From the human T2T-CHM13v2.0 reference genome, Homo sapiens, in NCBI RefSeq assembly GCF_009914755.1, contig NC_060931.1: a DNA stretch of 64,000 nt. One strand, written 5' to 3'. The translations under genes and the position numbers were made by a program. Below are positions 1 through 18,095 of the stretch, piece by piece. A model generated the notes under the pieces. It was given only the letters and a program-made list of their open reading frames with translations, was not told the origin of the DNA and did not search any database. Position 1 is the first letter of the stretch; the number at the start of each line of letters is the position of its first letter.

Positions 1-2
1 AG

Positions 3-892
<890 letters not shown>

Positions 893-1584
893 ATCCAGGT
901 ATCCATCTGGAGCAACCACCTGTGGTATATGCGGTGCTGGGCTTGGTCTCTCCATGATGCCATCTAACCCTCAGGCCATCCTAAGGAAGGTTCTGCCATG
1001 CCCCTCTGCAGACGGGACACTGAGACCTGGGGGGTAATGGAACATGTTCACTGTCACAGTTAGCAAGGGCAGAGCTGGGATGAGAGGATCAGGGCAGAAC
1101 TGAGATCTCCTGACAATGATTCCTTTTTTTTTTTTTTTTTGAGACAGGCTTTTTCTCAATCTCTGTCCCCCAGGCTGGAGTGCAGTGGCATGATCCTGGC
1201 TTACTGCAGCCTCAACCTCCCGGGCTCAAGTGATCCTCCCACCTAAGCCTCCAGAATAGTTGGGACTACAGGCAGGAATCACCATGCCCAGCTACTTCTT
1301 GTATATTTTTTTGTAGAGATGGGGGTCTCGCTATGTTGCCCAGGCTGGTCTCGAGCTTCTAAGCTCAAGCAATCCCATCACCTCAGCCTCCCAAACTGCT
1401 GAGATTACAGGTGTGAGCCACTGCCCCCAACCCCCTGACAGTGACTCTTGAAAGGGGCTCAACTTTTGCTTCTGTGGGAGCCCCGAGGACCAGAACCAGA
1501 CCTGCCCTGAGAAGGGGCTAGACCTCCCATCTTTCAGAGTCTCACTGGCTCACCCTTCATAGAGAGAGGAGTGGCACAGTCTAG

Positions 1585-1911
<327 letters not shown>

Positions 1912-3825
1912 TGAGTCCAAAGCTAGCTTCTTCGAGTAAGTTATACAGATGGCTTTAGGGAGGTTCCTCACCCTCTGGGGCCTCGGTTTCCTTATCTGTG
2001 ACAAGGGGGAGGTCACATACCCACCTGAGTTGATAATGCATCCAAAGGGCATGGCGGTGGGCCTGGCCCATAGGAACCTGAGTCAAGGGGAGCCTGTCAT
2101 CTTCATCAACAGCAGTGAGAGGAGCAGGAAGGGAGGTGTTGGCTCCTGGGTCCCTGGGGCCCTTCCTCCAGGGATCCACCATCAGAGGGTGCCCTCCCAA
2201 AGGTGGGGAGATGGCAGCTGGCCTGTTGTTCTGTATCACCCAGCACTTCAACTCTCCCAGGCAACCATGGTTGGCGGGTCCCAATTTCTACTGAGATCAC
2301 CCCATGTAGTTCACATGGCGAGGGTCCCACACCCCAGCCTCACCACTTCCATCAAGCCAAACGCTTCCCATTTCCAGCCCAATGATGCTACTAACTTCCC
2401 TGCCCCTCCTTGGAGATCCCCAACCCCAAATAACCTCCCCTGATCTCCAGGGTCTCTTGGTGACAATACCTGCCTGCCTGCCTGAGCTAAGGGGGTCCGT
2501 TGCTTCTATCAGTCTCAATGCCCCAGAAACTGAGCGAAAACCCAAGTATTGACGGCCTACTGAACGCAAAGTCTGAGTCTGACCCTGGTATTCTATTCCT
2601 TGGTTTTTAGAACGCCTCCAGACACAGATGAGGGCTGAAGGCTCAGAAAGGCCGGGTCAGGCCAGGCGAGGTGGCTCACGTCTGAAATCACAGCACTTTT
2701 GGAGGCCAGGGCAGGAGGATCGTTTGAGGCCAGGAGTTTGAGGCCAGCCTAGGCAACAAAGTGAGACCCTGTCTCTACAAAATATTGTAAAAATTAGCCA
2801 GGTGTGGTGGCATACACGTGCGGCCCCAACTATTCAGGAGGCTGAGGCAGGAGGATCCCTTGAGTCCAGGAGCTGCAGTGAGCTATGATTTTGCCACTGT
2901 ACTCTGGCCTGGGTGATCGAGCGAGACCTGTCTTCAAAAGAAAACAAGAAAGGCAGGGTGACCTGCCCAGGGATATGTGGTAGGAACAGCAGAGTGGAGA
3001 GAGAGCGCTTGATAAGGTGCCTTGTTGGGAAACATTCCCCACATCATGGTGCCATGGGAACCACATAAGCAGGTCAAGTGTGCCTCACTCAAGCACTCAG
3101 GAACCAAGTTTGCAGAGGGGGTCAGGGCAGGAGATGCACACGACTCCCAGCCAACCCCACACTCTGGACCTGGGGCACCTGCTAAGCGCTTTCTCTGTAA
3201 GATCTCACTTAAACCTCCCGTGAACAGCCCTGTAACGTGGGTGCCATCACCTTCTTCATTCTTCTACAGAAACTGACAAATAAAGGCAGTTAAACCAGGC
3301 TAATTTGGACTGACGGGCTGGGTGGGGGGCGGGGCGGGGCGGGGACGTCATCAGAGAGAAGCTGCAGGAGGGAAATTGTAGACTAGAACAAAGTCTGAAG
3401 AGGGTGGAGAAAAGCACAGATTTAAAAGAAAGAAAGAAATGTGGCTGGGCATAGTGGCTCACGCCTGTAATCCCAGCACTTTGGGAGGCTGAGGCGGGTC
3501 GATCACCCGAGGTCAGGAGTTTGAGACCAGCCTGGCCAACATGGCGAAACCCCATCTCTACTAAAAATGCCAAAATTAGCTGAGTGTGGTGGTGCACACC
3601 TGTAATCCCAGCTACTCGGGAGGCTGAGGCAGGAGAATCGCTCAAACCCAGGAGTCAGAGTTTGCAGTGAGCTGAGATTGCGCCACTGCACTCCAGCCTG
3701 GGAGACAGGGTGAGACTCTGTCCCCGCCACCAAAAAAAAAAAAAAAAAATGCGTTTTACTGCCTGCAAGCTTGAGTTCTCCCTCCAGCACCCTACCCACC
3801 AGGGCTCCTCAGAGGCCTGGCTTGA

Positions 3826-4141
<316 letters not shown>

Positions 4142-4555
4142 TGATCCGCCTGTCTCAGCCTCCCAAAGTGCTGGGATTACAGGCGTGAACCACCACGCCC
4201 AGCCCACACACCCCCTCATTCTTGACTGTGCTGCTCTAGTGGACGAAACAGCCCAAAAGCATTGCTCAGTTGGGAGGGGGTGGAGGGAGTCCAGCCTGGG
4301 TGTGTGCAAAGGAGTCACCCAGGAAACTCACCGCGGGATCTGCCCTTACAGATGCACTCGCCTGGGGCCAAGCCCTGGGTGGCTGGGGCAGGTTACCCGG
4401 AGGCCCAGGGGCCAAATGCAGGAGCAAGTTCCCATCAGGAAAGGGGAAGAGCGAATCAGAGATCCAGCTCCTGCATGCAGGGGAGTGGGCACGGGCAATC
4501 CCCTTACCCCAGGGTCGTTCCCCAGCCTCACCTCGAAGGCAATGAAGGAGGGTAG

Positions 4556-4894
<339 letters not shown>

Positions 4895-6591
4895 TGAATT
4901 CCTGGCCTCAAGCGATCCTCTTGCCTCCACCTCCCAAAGTGCTGGGATTATAGGCGTGAGCCACCGCACTGGGCCTTGATTTCACATTTGAACTCTCCCA
5001 CATTAAAAAAAAAAAATTATTAAAAAAAAAATAGGCCCAGCGTGGTAGCTCATACTTGTAATCCCAGCACTTTAGAAGGCCAAGGTAGGAGAATTGTCTG
5101 AGCTCAGGAGTTCAAGACCAGCCTGGGGAACATGGTAAAACCCCAACAGGATGGATTTGATTCCTATACAAATTGAAGCTCCCCTGCCAAGGAGGGCCTG
5201 CCTGGAGGGGATGAGACCTTCGTTCTGAGGCCTCAGGGTCAGTGGATCAGGAGTGGGGGAGCTAGAATAGAAGCGGACAGCCTGGGCATGGGGACTCACG
5301 CCTGTAATCCCAGCACTTTGGGAGGCCAAGTCAGGTGGATCACCTGAGGTTCGGAGTTCAAGACCAGCCTGGCCAACATGGTGAAACCCTGACTCTACTG
5401 AAAATATAAAAATTAGCCAGGCATGGTGGTGTACACCTGTAATCCCAGGGAGGACTGAGGCAGGAGAATCACTTGAACAAGGGAGGCGGAGGTTGCAATG
5501 AGCCAAGATTGCACCATTGCACTCCAGCAGGCTGAATGACAGAGCAAGACTCTGTCTCAAAAAAAAAAAGAAAAAGAGGACAAGACATGGCAGTCAGCGC
5601 GCAGAGGAGGGGCGACTGGAGAACGACTGGGGGTCAGACGGGCAGGACCTGGGTGGGCTGGGTGGGAGGAGGGCTGGATGTGGCGCTGTGCACCAGGGAG
5701 GGGACACAGAAGCAGGGGGCAGTCTGGGAGGAAGACTTGCAAGCACCATATGGGGACACAGTAGACACCCAGAGTGTCCAGGCACCCTGCAGGCAGAGCT
5801 GCTGTGCAGGGCAGAGAAGGGTGCCCAAGACGTTGCTGGGAGCAGAGAAGTCACACCTTCCTCAAGGCCGGCTGGAGGACGCAACGGCTCTTTGTGTTCC
5901 AAGAAGCAGCTCTTACCAGGGGGCTGCCTGCCTGGCCCCAAAGTTTCTCCAGTCTCCTTACTATAGACCCCTCCCCTCCTGCCAGCCTCCCGCATCCCCA
6001 CAGCTCAGCCAATCTGAAACAAATAAACAGCTTCCCTTCCTCCAATAAAAATCAGCCATCCTGCAATTGTCAGATGTGCCCTTCCAGTGCTTCCAAAGCA
6101 GAACAGACCATCCGTGCCATGGGGACAGAGGCCACCACTGCCACCTCGCCGAGGCCTGCATCAAGTAGAGGGCACCTCAATAAACATCCATTGAATTTCT
6201 GTGAATAATAGGTTCACTATGTAATCAACACCTCACTAAGTCCCTAACATAAAATTCCCCATTTAATTCTCACAACCACCCAAGATGTTGATAGTATTAT
6301 CTCCAGTTATTTTTTGGTAGAGATGGGGTCTCACTATGTTGTCCAGCTGATCTCAAACTCCTGAGCTCAGGCAATCCTCCCGCTTCCTCAGGCAAGACCT
6401 CCCAAAGTGATGGGATTACAAGTGTGAGCCACCATGCCTCACTTTATTCCTATTTTAAAGATGAAGCCAGGCCACAGTGTGGTGGCTCACGCCTATAATT
6501 CTACCACTTTGGGAGGTCAAGGCAGGAGAATTGTCAGAGCTCAAGAGTTCGAGACTGGCCTGGGCAACATAGTAAGACCCTGTTGCTACTA

Positions 6592-6879
<288 letters not shown>

Positions 6880-7374
6880 TTAACAGTGGAAAGGAGTGGA
6901 GGGCATAGGCGGGGAGGAGTTCGGAGTGGGGGGGCCAAGGCTGAACCCTAAACTGCTGTTGTCCATTGTGTGACTTGGGGGCAGACAGCTCCTTCCTGTA
7001 GAGCTGCTATGAGGGTGAATGATGGGAACTCCCAGCGGAGGCCTCATGCATAGTGGGTGTTCGAGAAGGAACTGCCATGGCTGGGAGCAGTGGCTCACGC
7101 TTATGATCTCAGCCCTTTGGGAGGCCGAGGCAGGTGGATCACCTGAGGTCAGGAGTTCGAGACCAGCCTGGCCTACATGGTGAAACCCCATCTCTACTAA
7201 AAAATACAAAAATTAGCTGGGTGTGGTGGCACATGCCTGTAGTCCCAGCTACTCGGGAAGCTGAGGCAGGAGGATCACTTGAGCCCAGGTGGCAGAGGCT
7301 GTATTGAGCTGAGATTGCACTGCACTCCAGCCTGGGCGATAGAGTAAGACCGTGTCTAAAAAAAAAAAAAAAAA

Positions 7375-7570
7375 TACGGGAACATCAGACACTGGGGACT
7401 CCAATAGAGGTTGGGAAGGGGAGGAAGGTTAAAAAAATTACCTATCGGGTACAATGTTCACTATTTGGGTAATGGGCGTACTAGAGGCCCAGTCCCTACC
7501 AGTATGCCATATATGCATGTAACAAACATGCACGTGTACCTCTTGAATCTAAAATAAAATAAAATCTTAA
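7375..7570 (+). mobile_element. L1 (PB/MA-type) 3' end
   Basis: gggtacaatgttcactatttgggtaatggg...catgtaacaaacatgcacgtgtacc...ctaaaataaaa. Confidence 0.8.
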
Positions 7571-7879
7571 ACATTAATTTTAATTTTTATTTTTTTGAGA
7601 CAAGGTCTGGCTCTACTGCCTGGCTGGAGTACGGTGGCACAATCTCGGCTCACTGCAGCCTCCACCTCCTGGGGTCAAGCGATCCTTCCACCTCAGCCTC
7701 CTGAGTAGCTAAGACCACAGGTGCATGCCACTATGCCCAGCTACATTTTGTATATTTTGTAGAGATGAGGTTTCACCATGTTGCCCAGGCTGGTCTCCAA
7801 CTTGTGAGCTCAACCAATCTACTCGCCTCAGCCTCCCAAAGTGCTGGGATTACAGGCATGAGCCACCACGCCTGGCCTC

Positions 7880-8683
<804 letters not shown>

Positions 8684-9151
8684 TCAGGTTTTCGAGCAGA
8701 GATCTAGCTCAGAGGTTGGAGTATGTTCAATGTGTTATGGTGAGGGCAAGCCTGAGTATATATGGCACCTAGACACCAGTTTTCCATTTAGGCCAGGCAC
8801 CGTAGCTCACACCTGTAATCCCAGCACTTTGGAAGGCTGAGGCAGGAGGATCACTTGGGTCCGGGAGTTCGAGACCAGCCTGGGCAACATAGCAAGACCC
8901 CATCTCTACAAAAAAAACAAAAATTATCTGGGTGTAGTGGTGAGTGCTTGCAGTCCCAGCTACTCAGTGGGGCTGAGGCAGGAGGATTGCTGGAGCCTGA
9001 GAAATCGAGGCTGGAGTGAGCTGGGATTGCATCACTGCACTCCAACTAGGGTGACACAGTGAGACCCTGTCTCAAGAATTTTTTTCAGGCCAGGTGCGGT
9101 GGCTCATGCCTGTAATTCCAGCACTTTGGGGAGGCCGAGGCGGGCGGGTCA

Positions 9152-9406
<255 letters not shown>

Positions 9407-9602
9407 TTAATTTAGCACCGTGGATGGCCCACAGGGACCTTGGACACCCAGAATCCCACTGGCCCAGCGCGGATGCAACTGGGCTGGTTTCTCATACTGC
9501 AGATCTGTTATAAGAGAAAACCTTTCCAGCTGTGTGCAGGCTCAGAAGAGACCAATTAAACCTTTTACAAGGTTTTTTTGTTTTTGTTTTTGTTTTTTCT
9601 GA

Positions 9603-9707
<105 letters not shown>

Positions 9708-10205
9708 TGAGTAGCTGGGATTACAGGCGCCCGCCACCACGTCGGCTAATTTTTGTATTTTTGGTAGAATCGGGGCTTCACCTTGTTAGCCAGGCTGGTC
9801 TCGAACTACTGACCTCAGGTGATGCACCTGCTTGGCCCTCCCACAGGTGCCAGGATTACAGGCGTGAGCCACTGCGCCCAGCTACAACTGACTTTTTTGA
9901 TCCCTGGGAGATAAGTCAACACCGAGGGACGACCGGTCCTAAGCCCTGGACATGGACCTGGGGGTGAGGACAGAAGGGGATCAGGACCAGCCCTCTCATC
10001 CTGCACCCTGAGGCATGGGTGATCCCAGGAAGCCACTCACCAGGCACCAGGGTGGCTTCCTGGAGGAGAGGATGCTGAAGCCGACCTCAAGAAGTGTCTG
10101 TGTTAGGTTTAAGGACTCATGAGAGTTCTCTGGCTGGACTAAAGGTAGCATGATCACATAGTCAGGTTTGCCCTATTGTCTGCAGGTTGTTGTTATTATT
10201 GTTAA

Positions 10206-10544
<339 letters not shown>

Positions 10545-10609
10545 TAGTAATTATTTTAAGTACTTCCTGCTATTCTAAAAAATGTTTGTTCCCGTCTCAA
10601 TGATAAATG

Positions 10610-11072
10610 GCAGGGTCATTTCATTCCTTATCTGTTGCTACATAACAAATTACCCCAAATCTTAGTGGCTTGAAACAACAACAAACTTTTATTATCTCTC
10701 ACAGTTCCTATGGGTTAGGAATTTAGGTGTGGCTGAACTTGGCAGTTCAAGGCATTGGCTGGGGCTGCAATCCATTGGAAGGCTTGCCTGGGGCGAAAGG
10801 ATCTGTTTTCAAAGCCCCGCTCTGCCGGTTGAGGGTGGGATGCCTCAGTTCCTCTCCATATGGGCCTCTCCATGGGGCTGCTTGGGTGTCCTCAGGCCTT
10901 GGGGGTTGGTTTCCCACAGAGCAAGGGATCTGGGAGAGAGGGAGCGCCACGCAGAAGCTATCGTTTTGTGCCCTAGCCTCGGAAGTCTTGCGGTATTGCT
11001 TTTACCATCTCCTAGTGACTTAGAAGAAAGTAGCCAAGACAGACATTTAAAGGAGAGGGGGGTGGAGGGATC
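10610..11072 (-). mobile_element. Old MLT1 LTR
   Basis: ttgctacataacaaattaccccaaatcttagtggcttgaaacaac...ctagcctcggaagtc. Confidence 0.7.
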
Positions 11073-11691
11073 CTAGCTTTTTTTTTTTTTTTTTGACACG
11101 GAGTCTGGCTCTGTTGCCCAGGCTGGAATGCAGTGGCGGGATCTCGGCTTCACGCCATTCTCCTGCCTCAGCCTCCTGAGTAGCTGGGAATACAGGCGCC
11201 CGCCACCACGCCCAGCTAATTTTTCTATTTTTAGTAGAGACGGGGTTTCACCGTGTTAGCCAGGATGGTCTCGATCTCCTGACCTTGTGATCTGCCCTCC
11301 TCGGTCTCCCAAAGTGCTGGGATTACAGGCGTGAGCCACGGCGCCCAGCCGATCCTAGCTTTTAAAACCACCAGCAGCTGGGAGCAGTGGCTCATGCCTG
11401 TAATCCCAGCACTTTGGGAAACCAAGAAGGGAGGATCACTTAAGGTCAGGAGTTTGAGACCGGCGTGGACAACAGAGTGAGACCCCCTCTGTACAAAAAA
11501 ATCTAAAAACTACCACAGTTGGCCAGGTGCAGTGGCTCATGCCTGTAATCCCAGCACGTTGGGAGGCCAAGGCGGGCAGATCACTTGAGGTCAGGAGTTC
11601 AAGACCAGCCTGGCCAACTTGGTAAAACCCATCTGAATTAAAAATACAAAAAATTAGCTAGGCATGGTGGTGGTACCTGTAACCTCAGCTA

Positions 11692-11847
<156 letters not shown>

Positions 11848-13201
11848 CTAAAATAGAGCATGTGTTGGGAAGGGAGTAGACAGAGCCAGAGTGGATAGAC
11901 AGAAGACATCTGATCAAGAAAGAATTCAGGCCGGGAGTGGTGGCTCACGCTTGTAATCCCAGCACTTTGGAAGGCCAAGGTGGGTGGATCACCTGAGGTC
12001 AGGAGTTTGAGACCACCCTGGCCAACAAGGCAAAACCCCGTCTCTATTAAAGTACAAAAAATTAGCCAGGCATGGTGGTGCATGCCTGCAATCCCAGCTA
12101 CTCGGGAGGCTGAGGCACAAGAGTCACTTGAACCCAGGAAGCAGAGATTGCATGCAGTGAGCTGAGATCACGCCATTGCATTCCTGCTTGGGTGACAGAG
12201 TGAGACCCTGTCTGAAAAAACAAACAAAACCAACAAGGCAGAGATGTGGCCAGGGATTCTGAAGGAATGCATGAAGTCGACCCAGCACCCACTCCAGTTG
12301 TGTCCCTCCATCCTCCCGGACTCCCCCCCTGCCCCTGCACTCCCAGCCATGCCCCCTGTGCGGGCCTCTGGTCCTCTCACCCTCTACCTTTGCTGGAGAA
12401 CACACAGGACTCACGTCTTTTCCTCCCATGGGACAGAAACTCCTTTCGCGCTTCCTATTAGGCCTTGCCTACAGCAGGTACACACTGCTGGGTTTCTGCG
12501 TGAACAGAGCATACCAATTTGCACCCACCACAGGACAGCGGCTTGTTCCCTGCAGACACCTTTCTCTTTCCAGCCTCCAGGCGTTTGCTCCTTCAGCCCA
12601 GAGGGATGGGGCAGCAATGAGCATTTGGGCTGCCCTAGAGGCAGGAGGCAGGAAGATATCTGGATAGTTCAGGAAAGAGATAAGGACAAAGGAAAAAGTC
12701 ATAGGAAAAAGATTTGGGAGCTAGGGTTGAGCCAGCCCCTTTCTCTAGGCAGCAGCAGACTATGGCTGTCCTGAGTGGGCACACGCACGGCTCTGGGGCT
12801 CACCCTGTACACTCTTCACCCATACCCCTCCCCTGATCCATCTGTACCCACCCACTCCTGTTCTCTGCTTGCTCATCTTGCTTTATCCCCAGCACCTCCT
12901 GACATTTTCTCATGCCACCCATCACCCCATTCTTGGATCAGATGATGCCGCCTCCTCTAGGAAGCCTTACTGGCTTGCAGCTCTGTGGTCCTAGAGCATT
13001 TTGGCTGCCCCTGCCAGAGGCCTGACACCTAAATGACAGGTGAGGTCCTTGGCTTAGTTCTGTGAGAGCAGTGACAGCATCTCCACTTTCCAGAATCAGG
13101 ATGCGTTATGTGTGTGTGTAAAAAGTCTTCTAAGCCTGGGCTTTTCTGGCTCTGCCCTCACAAACTGGTGCTGGCCAGTGGCCCCAGGGCCTTCCCAGTT
13201 A

Positions 13202-13660
<459 letters not shown>

Positions 13661-14041
13661 CTAACTCCCTTGGGCTAGCCTGTCTTTCCCTAAAGGGCAA
13701 TCAGACAGTGGCCTCAGCCCAATGTGCTCCGAGGAATGACGAGGGCTCTGCATGGACTTTTTGCAATTTTAAGCTTTTCTCTCATAAATGCCTCTTAAGA
13801 CGTTAGTGTTCACTGGCCAGGCATGGTGGCTCACGCCTCCCAGCACTTTGGGAGGCCCAGATGGGCGGATCACAAGTTCAGGAGTTCGAGACCAGCCTGA
13901 CCAACAGCTCATGCCTGTAACAGTTTAAATGTTATGTCCACACGCACCTCTGAGAGGCTGAGGTGGGAGGATCATGTGAGGCCAGGAGTTCAAGGCCAGC
14001 CCGGGCAACACAGTGAGACCCCCATCGCTACAAGAAATTTA

Positions 14042-14221
<180 letters not shown>

Positions 14222-14677
14222 CTAGTGCCACCTCCTACAGGTAGGCACCCAGCCTTCTAGGTACCCTGCTAGACCAGCCCTTCCCTGACTCCACCCTGCT
14301 GTAGAGTGATGGCCTCTTTCTTTCTCTTCCACCAGGCTCTAGGGCTTGGCAGAGGAAGGGGCAAGGTATCTCTGCATCCCTTGGACCCAGCCACACCCCC
14401 ACACAGAGTGAATGTTTCCTAATGCCATTCCCTTTCCACAACTCCACTGCACGAGAGAGAAGTGACTTAAGTCTGCTAAGGGGCGGAGGGAAAGGTTCAG
14501 GAAGGTTTCAGCGTGCTATCATTAGCTCTTGAGGATTGAATAGGAATTTACTAGGGGTGGATGGGGGAGAATATTCCAGGCAGATGGAAGAGAGGTAGAT
14601 ACGAAGGCACAGAGGTATGTAGGGAACAATAAGGGAAATTGTGTATTTGCTGGGGGAGGGCTAAAGATGAGGATTCA

Positions 14678-14860
<183 letters not shown>

Positions 14861-15013
14861 CTAGATCCCAAAGGGCCTCGAATGCCATGTCAACGATTTG
14901 ATGCTATAGAGTGACTGACAAAACTGTAACCGGGCCGGGAGTGGTGGCTCACGCCTGGAATCCCAGCACTTTGGGAGGTGGAGGCCAGTGGATCACCTGA
15001 GGTCGGGAGTTCA

Positions 15014-15202
<189 letters not shown>

Positions 15203-17636
15203 TCAAAAAAAAAAAAAAGAAAAGTAAACAGGTGGCACAGGGACCCTCAGGGCATGCTGTCCTAGTCTGGGCTAAACGTAGGTTTTGGAGAGGGAGGTGA
15301 CAGAGCTATGGGTCACCACCTGGGGGCAGGTATTACAGGAAGAATCTAAGGGGTTCTACCTGGATGGCTGATTATTGAAAACAGTTTAAATGCTATGTTC
15401 GCAGGCTGCGACCCATTAACACTTGCTAAAAAGCCATTTCCCACAATCGTCCCACACCATCCACACAGCAGTTCTGTGTCCATGAGGGGGCCAAGTAGTG
15501 CTATCTCTATTTTACAGACGGACAAAGTGTGAGCCAGAGGAGAGACTTTGCCTCAGCCACGCAGGCAGCGGGCTCTGGTCACACATGACCTGAAGCCACG
15601 ATCCGGGCTCAGAGTGCTTGGGGTGGCAGGTCCTCAGGCATTTGACGAATGTTCCGCACCTTCTGAGGCCGGACCATGGAAACAGAGATGGCCTTTGGCC
15701 TCTGAGTCATCTTGAAACTGGACTAGTCAGCTGGGTCACCTGGGCCTGGGACAGGACAGGCTGCTTTCTGCAGGAGGGAGGAAGGGGGACCCACTGAGGG
15801 ACAGGTTTTCTTGTGTTCCCAGAGGCCAGCAGGGGGGCTTGACCCCAGAGACACGCCTATCCATGAGTACCCAAAGGGGACCCTGAGTTGGGGGCTGGAA
15901 GAAGGCCAGTCTCTCCACCAAGGGAAAGGGGCTGAGGGACCCTGCCCTTTGCTGCCTTTCTAAGAAGCCCCCAAATGCCCCCTCCTTCCAGCACCCAGGC
16001 CCTGTGCACAGCCGCAGCCTGAGTCATCATCCTCATTTGAATGGTGGCCGAGAAATCAGCCAGGGGGCTGCCCAGGGCTGAGGGCCAAGACTTGGAAAAA
16101 CAAGGCTGTTCTGTTACCTCCAAGCCTTGGAACGTCCAGCCCGGCTAGGGAGTGGGGGGCAGAGGGCAGGCAGAAGCAGGATCTGAAGGTGTCAACAGCC
16201 AGAGGGGGCTTTGTGTGAGGGGTGGGGGCGCGGTTCAGAATCCGAGCTGTTGGCTTTTGTTTTCAAATGACCTGTTTAATCATTACCCTTTGCAATCAAC
16301 GGGGAGCACAGGCTCCGTGGCAGAGGCTTGGCGACTATTTCAAATCTCCATCCCCTACTGAGCAGCCGGAGAAGAAAGTAAACAAGATGCCACCGGCAGG
16401 TCTGGCTCCATCTCGCAAACAATAGCCGGACTGAGCACCCGGCTCAGACACACACATCAAAGTGAGATTTCCAAGCCAGAACTTTTCACAGGCAGATAAC
16501 AGGCTGGGATGGAATTATTTCCCTGTGTCCCTTGAGCTCAGTGCCAAAGGGGGCAGCCTACAGGGGCTGTCATTTTCACGCTAACCTTGACCCGAAACGT
16601 ATTCATTCATTTTGCAGTGAGGGAGAGCCACCACCGCCCCAAACCGCGAAAAACCAACCAGTAACAACTTTATCATTCCTTTTTAACAGTCACAATCGTG
16701 GGCAAATGAGACTTAAGTTACAGCAGCTAGCTGGCACTCACACTCCCCTCGGCTCAGGGTCCTTAAACAACAACAACAAAACCCTAATGCAAGCACCCAC
16801 CGGGGCTCACAATGTCAAACCCTTACCTGGCATAGGGAAAATCCAAGTGAGAGAGAGAGTGAGTGTCTGTGTGTGTGTGTGTGTGATTCCATCTGTTACC
16901 TTCCAAGGCCTTCAACTATTTTTCCCCCAGCAGCATCCAAGCCCAGCCTCAAGGCAGATGCATAAACATGCCTGCTCCTCCCCTTCTACGGTTGGGCAAA
17001 ACATCCCCCCACCCCCTTTCCAGGACCCCAAGGAGAAAGAATCACGTCCTCTGTAGCCCCTCCCTGGCCCTCGCCTACCCCCCGTTTCCCCCCCAATTCC
17101 AGGCCGTCCGCAGCAAGCCTCGTAGGCACCTTGAGATAAACACCCACTAATGATTTTATGATTTTCTGCTCTGGGTAACCGCGCTCAGCGGAATCCCTCC
17201 CCACGCCGTGGCGACGGGGGCCGGCCCAACCGAGGGATGGGGGTATGGGGGCGTTTGTTTTTTCCACGGCCTCGTCCCCACACCTGTTTTTCATTCATTC
17301 ATTCGTTCGTTCCTTCATCCATTCACGGATCCGTCACTGCAGCCGCCCCAGCCCCCCGGATTTCGGGAAGGGGGCTGCGATGGGGGAGGGGGTGGGAGAT
17401 GGGGGGGACGACAGAGGTGGGGGGTGGCGCACCGAGGGGTGGAGGGTTGCGAGGGGTCCGGGAGCCAGGACCCTGCGGCTCCGGCTTTGTCAGACGCGAG
17501 CGAAGCGGCGGCGGGGGCGGGGCGGGGGCGCTCCCGGGGCCCGAAGTTGTCTTCCGAGGCGCGGCGGCGAGGACAGCGGCCCGGGGTGCGCCCCCTTTGT
17601 CTGTCCCCGGCAGGCGCCGCGTCCCCGCGCGCTTAC

Positions 17637-17782
17637 CTGGTCTTGGAGAACAGGAAGGCAAGTTTGATCAGGCCCGTAGGTGAACAGCGGGATACTCTCC
17701 TTGGCGACGCTGGCAACTTGCAGCCGGTGCTCCAGGATGTGGAGTTCCATCGTCCGCCCGCGCCCCGTCCGCGGCAGCTCAT
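17637..17782 (-). CDS. CASTOR3P: CASTOR3/GATS first coding exon (MSCRGRGAGGRWNSTSWSTGCKLPASPRRVSRCSPTGLIKLAFLFSKT-R); likely transcribed pseudogene
   Basis: ATG at 17782, 146 nt to the donor AG|GTAAGC at 17637/17636. An overlapping frame from ATG 17750 gives MELHILEHRLQVASVAKESIPLFTYG, the CASTOR2 N-terminus. LIKLAFLFSKTR follows in a shifted frame. Confidence 0.9.
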
Positions 17783-18051
17783 CCGCTGGGGGACGAGCCG
17801 CGGCCCCCGCCCCCTCCGCGCCCTGCCGGCACCGACAGCCGGCCCGGGGACCCGGGAGCTCGGCGCCAGGCGCGGGGGGCGGCGGCGGCCGGACCGGGCC
17901 GGACAAAAGGGAGGAGGCCCGCCAAGTTGCGAGGGGGAGCCACGGGTCGAGGGAGGCAGCGCCGGCGGAGCAGCGGCGCGCGGGTGCCGGCGCGGGGAGC
18001 AGCTGGTGTTCGCTGTAACAAACAACTTGCCACTCAAACGCCGGTCCCCAC

Positions 18052-18063
18052 TGCGCATGCGCG
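18052..18063. promoter_or_regulatory. NRF1-type site
   Basis: TGCGCATGCGCG matches consensus TGCGCATGCGCA at 11/12 positions. Confidence 0.65.
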
Positions 18064-18075
18064 GTCCGCGCGCGG

Positions 18076-18095
18076 CCTGCCAGGACTTGTAGTCC
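18076..18095 (-). promoter_or_regulatory. ZNF143/THAP11-associated ACTACA motif
   Basis: Minus strand GGACTACAAGTCCTGGCAGG resembles ACTACAnnTCCCA. Confidence 0.45.
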
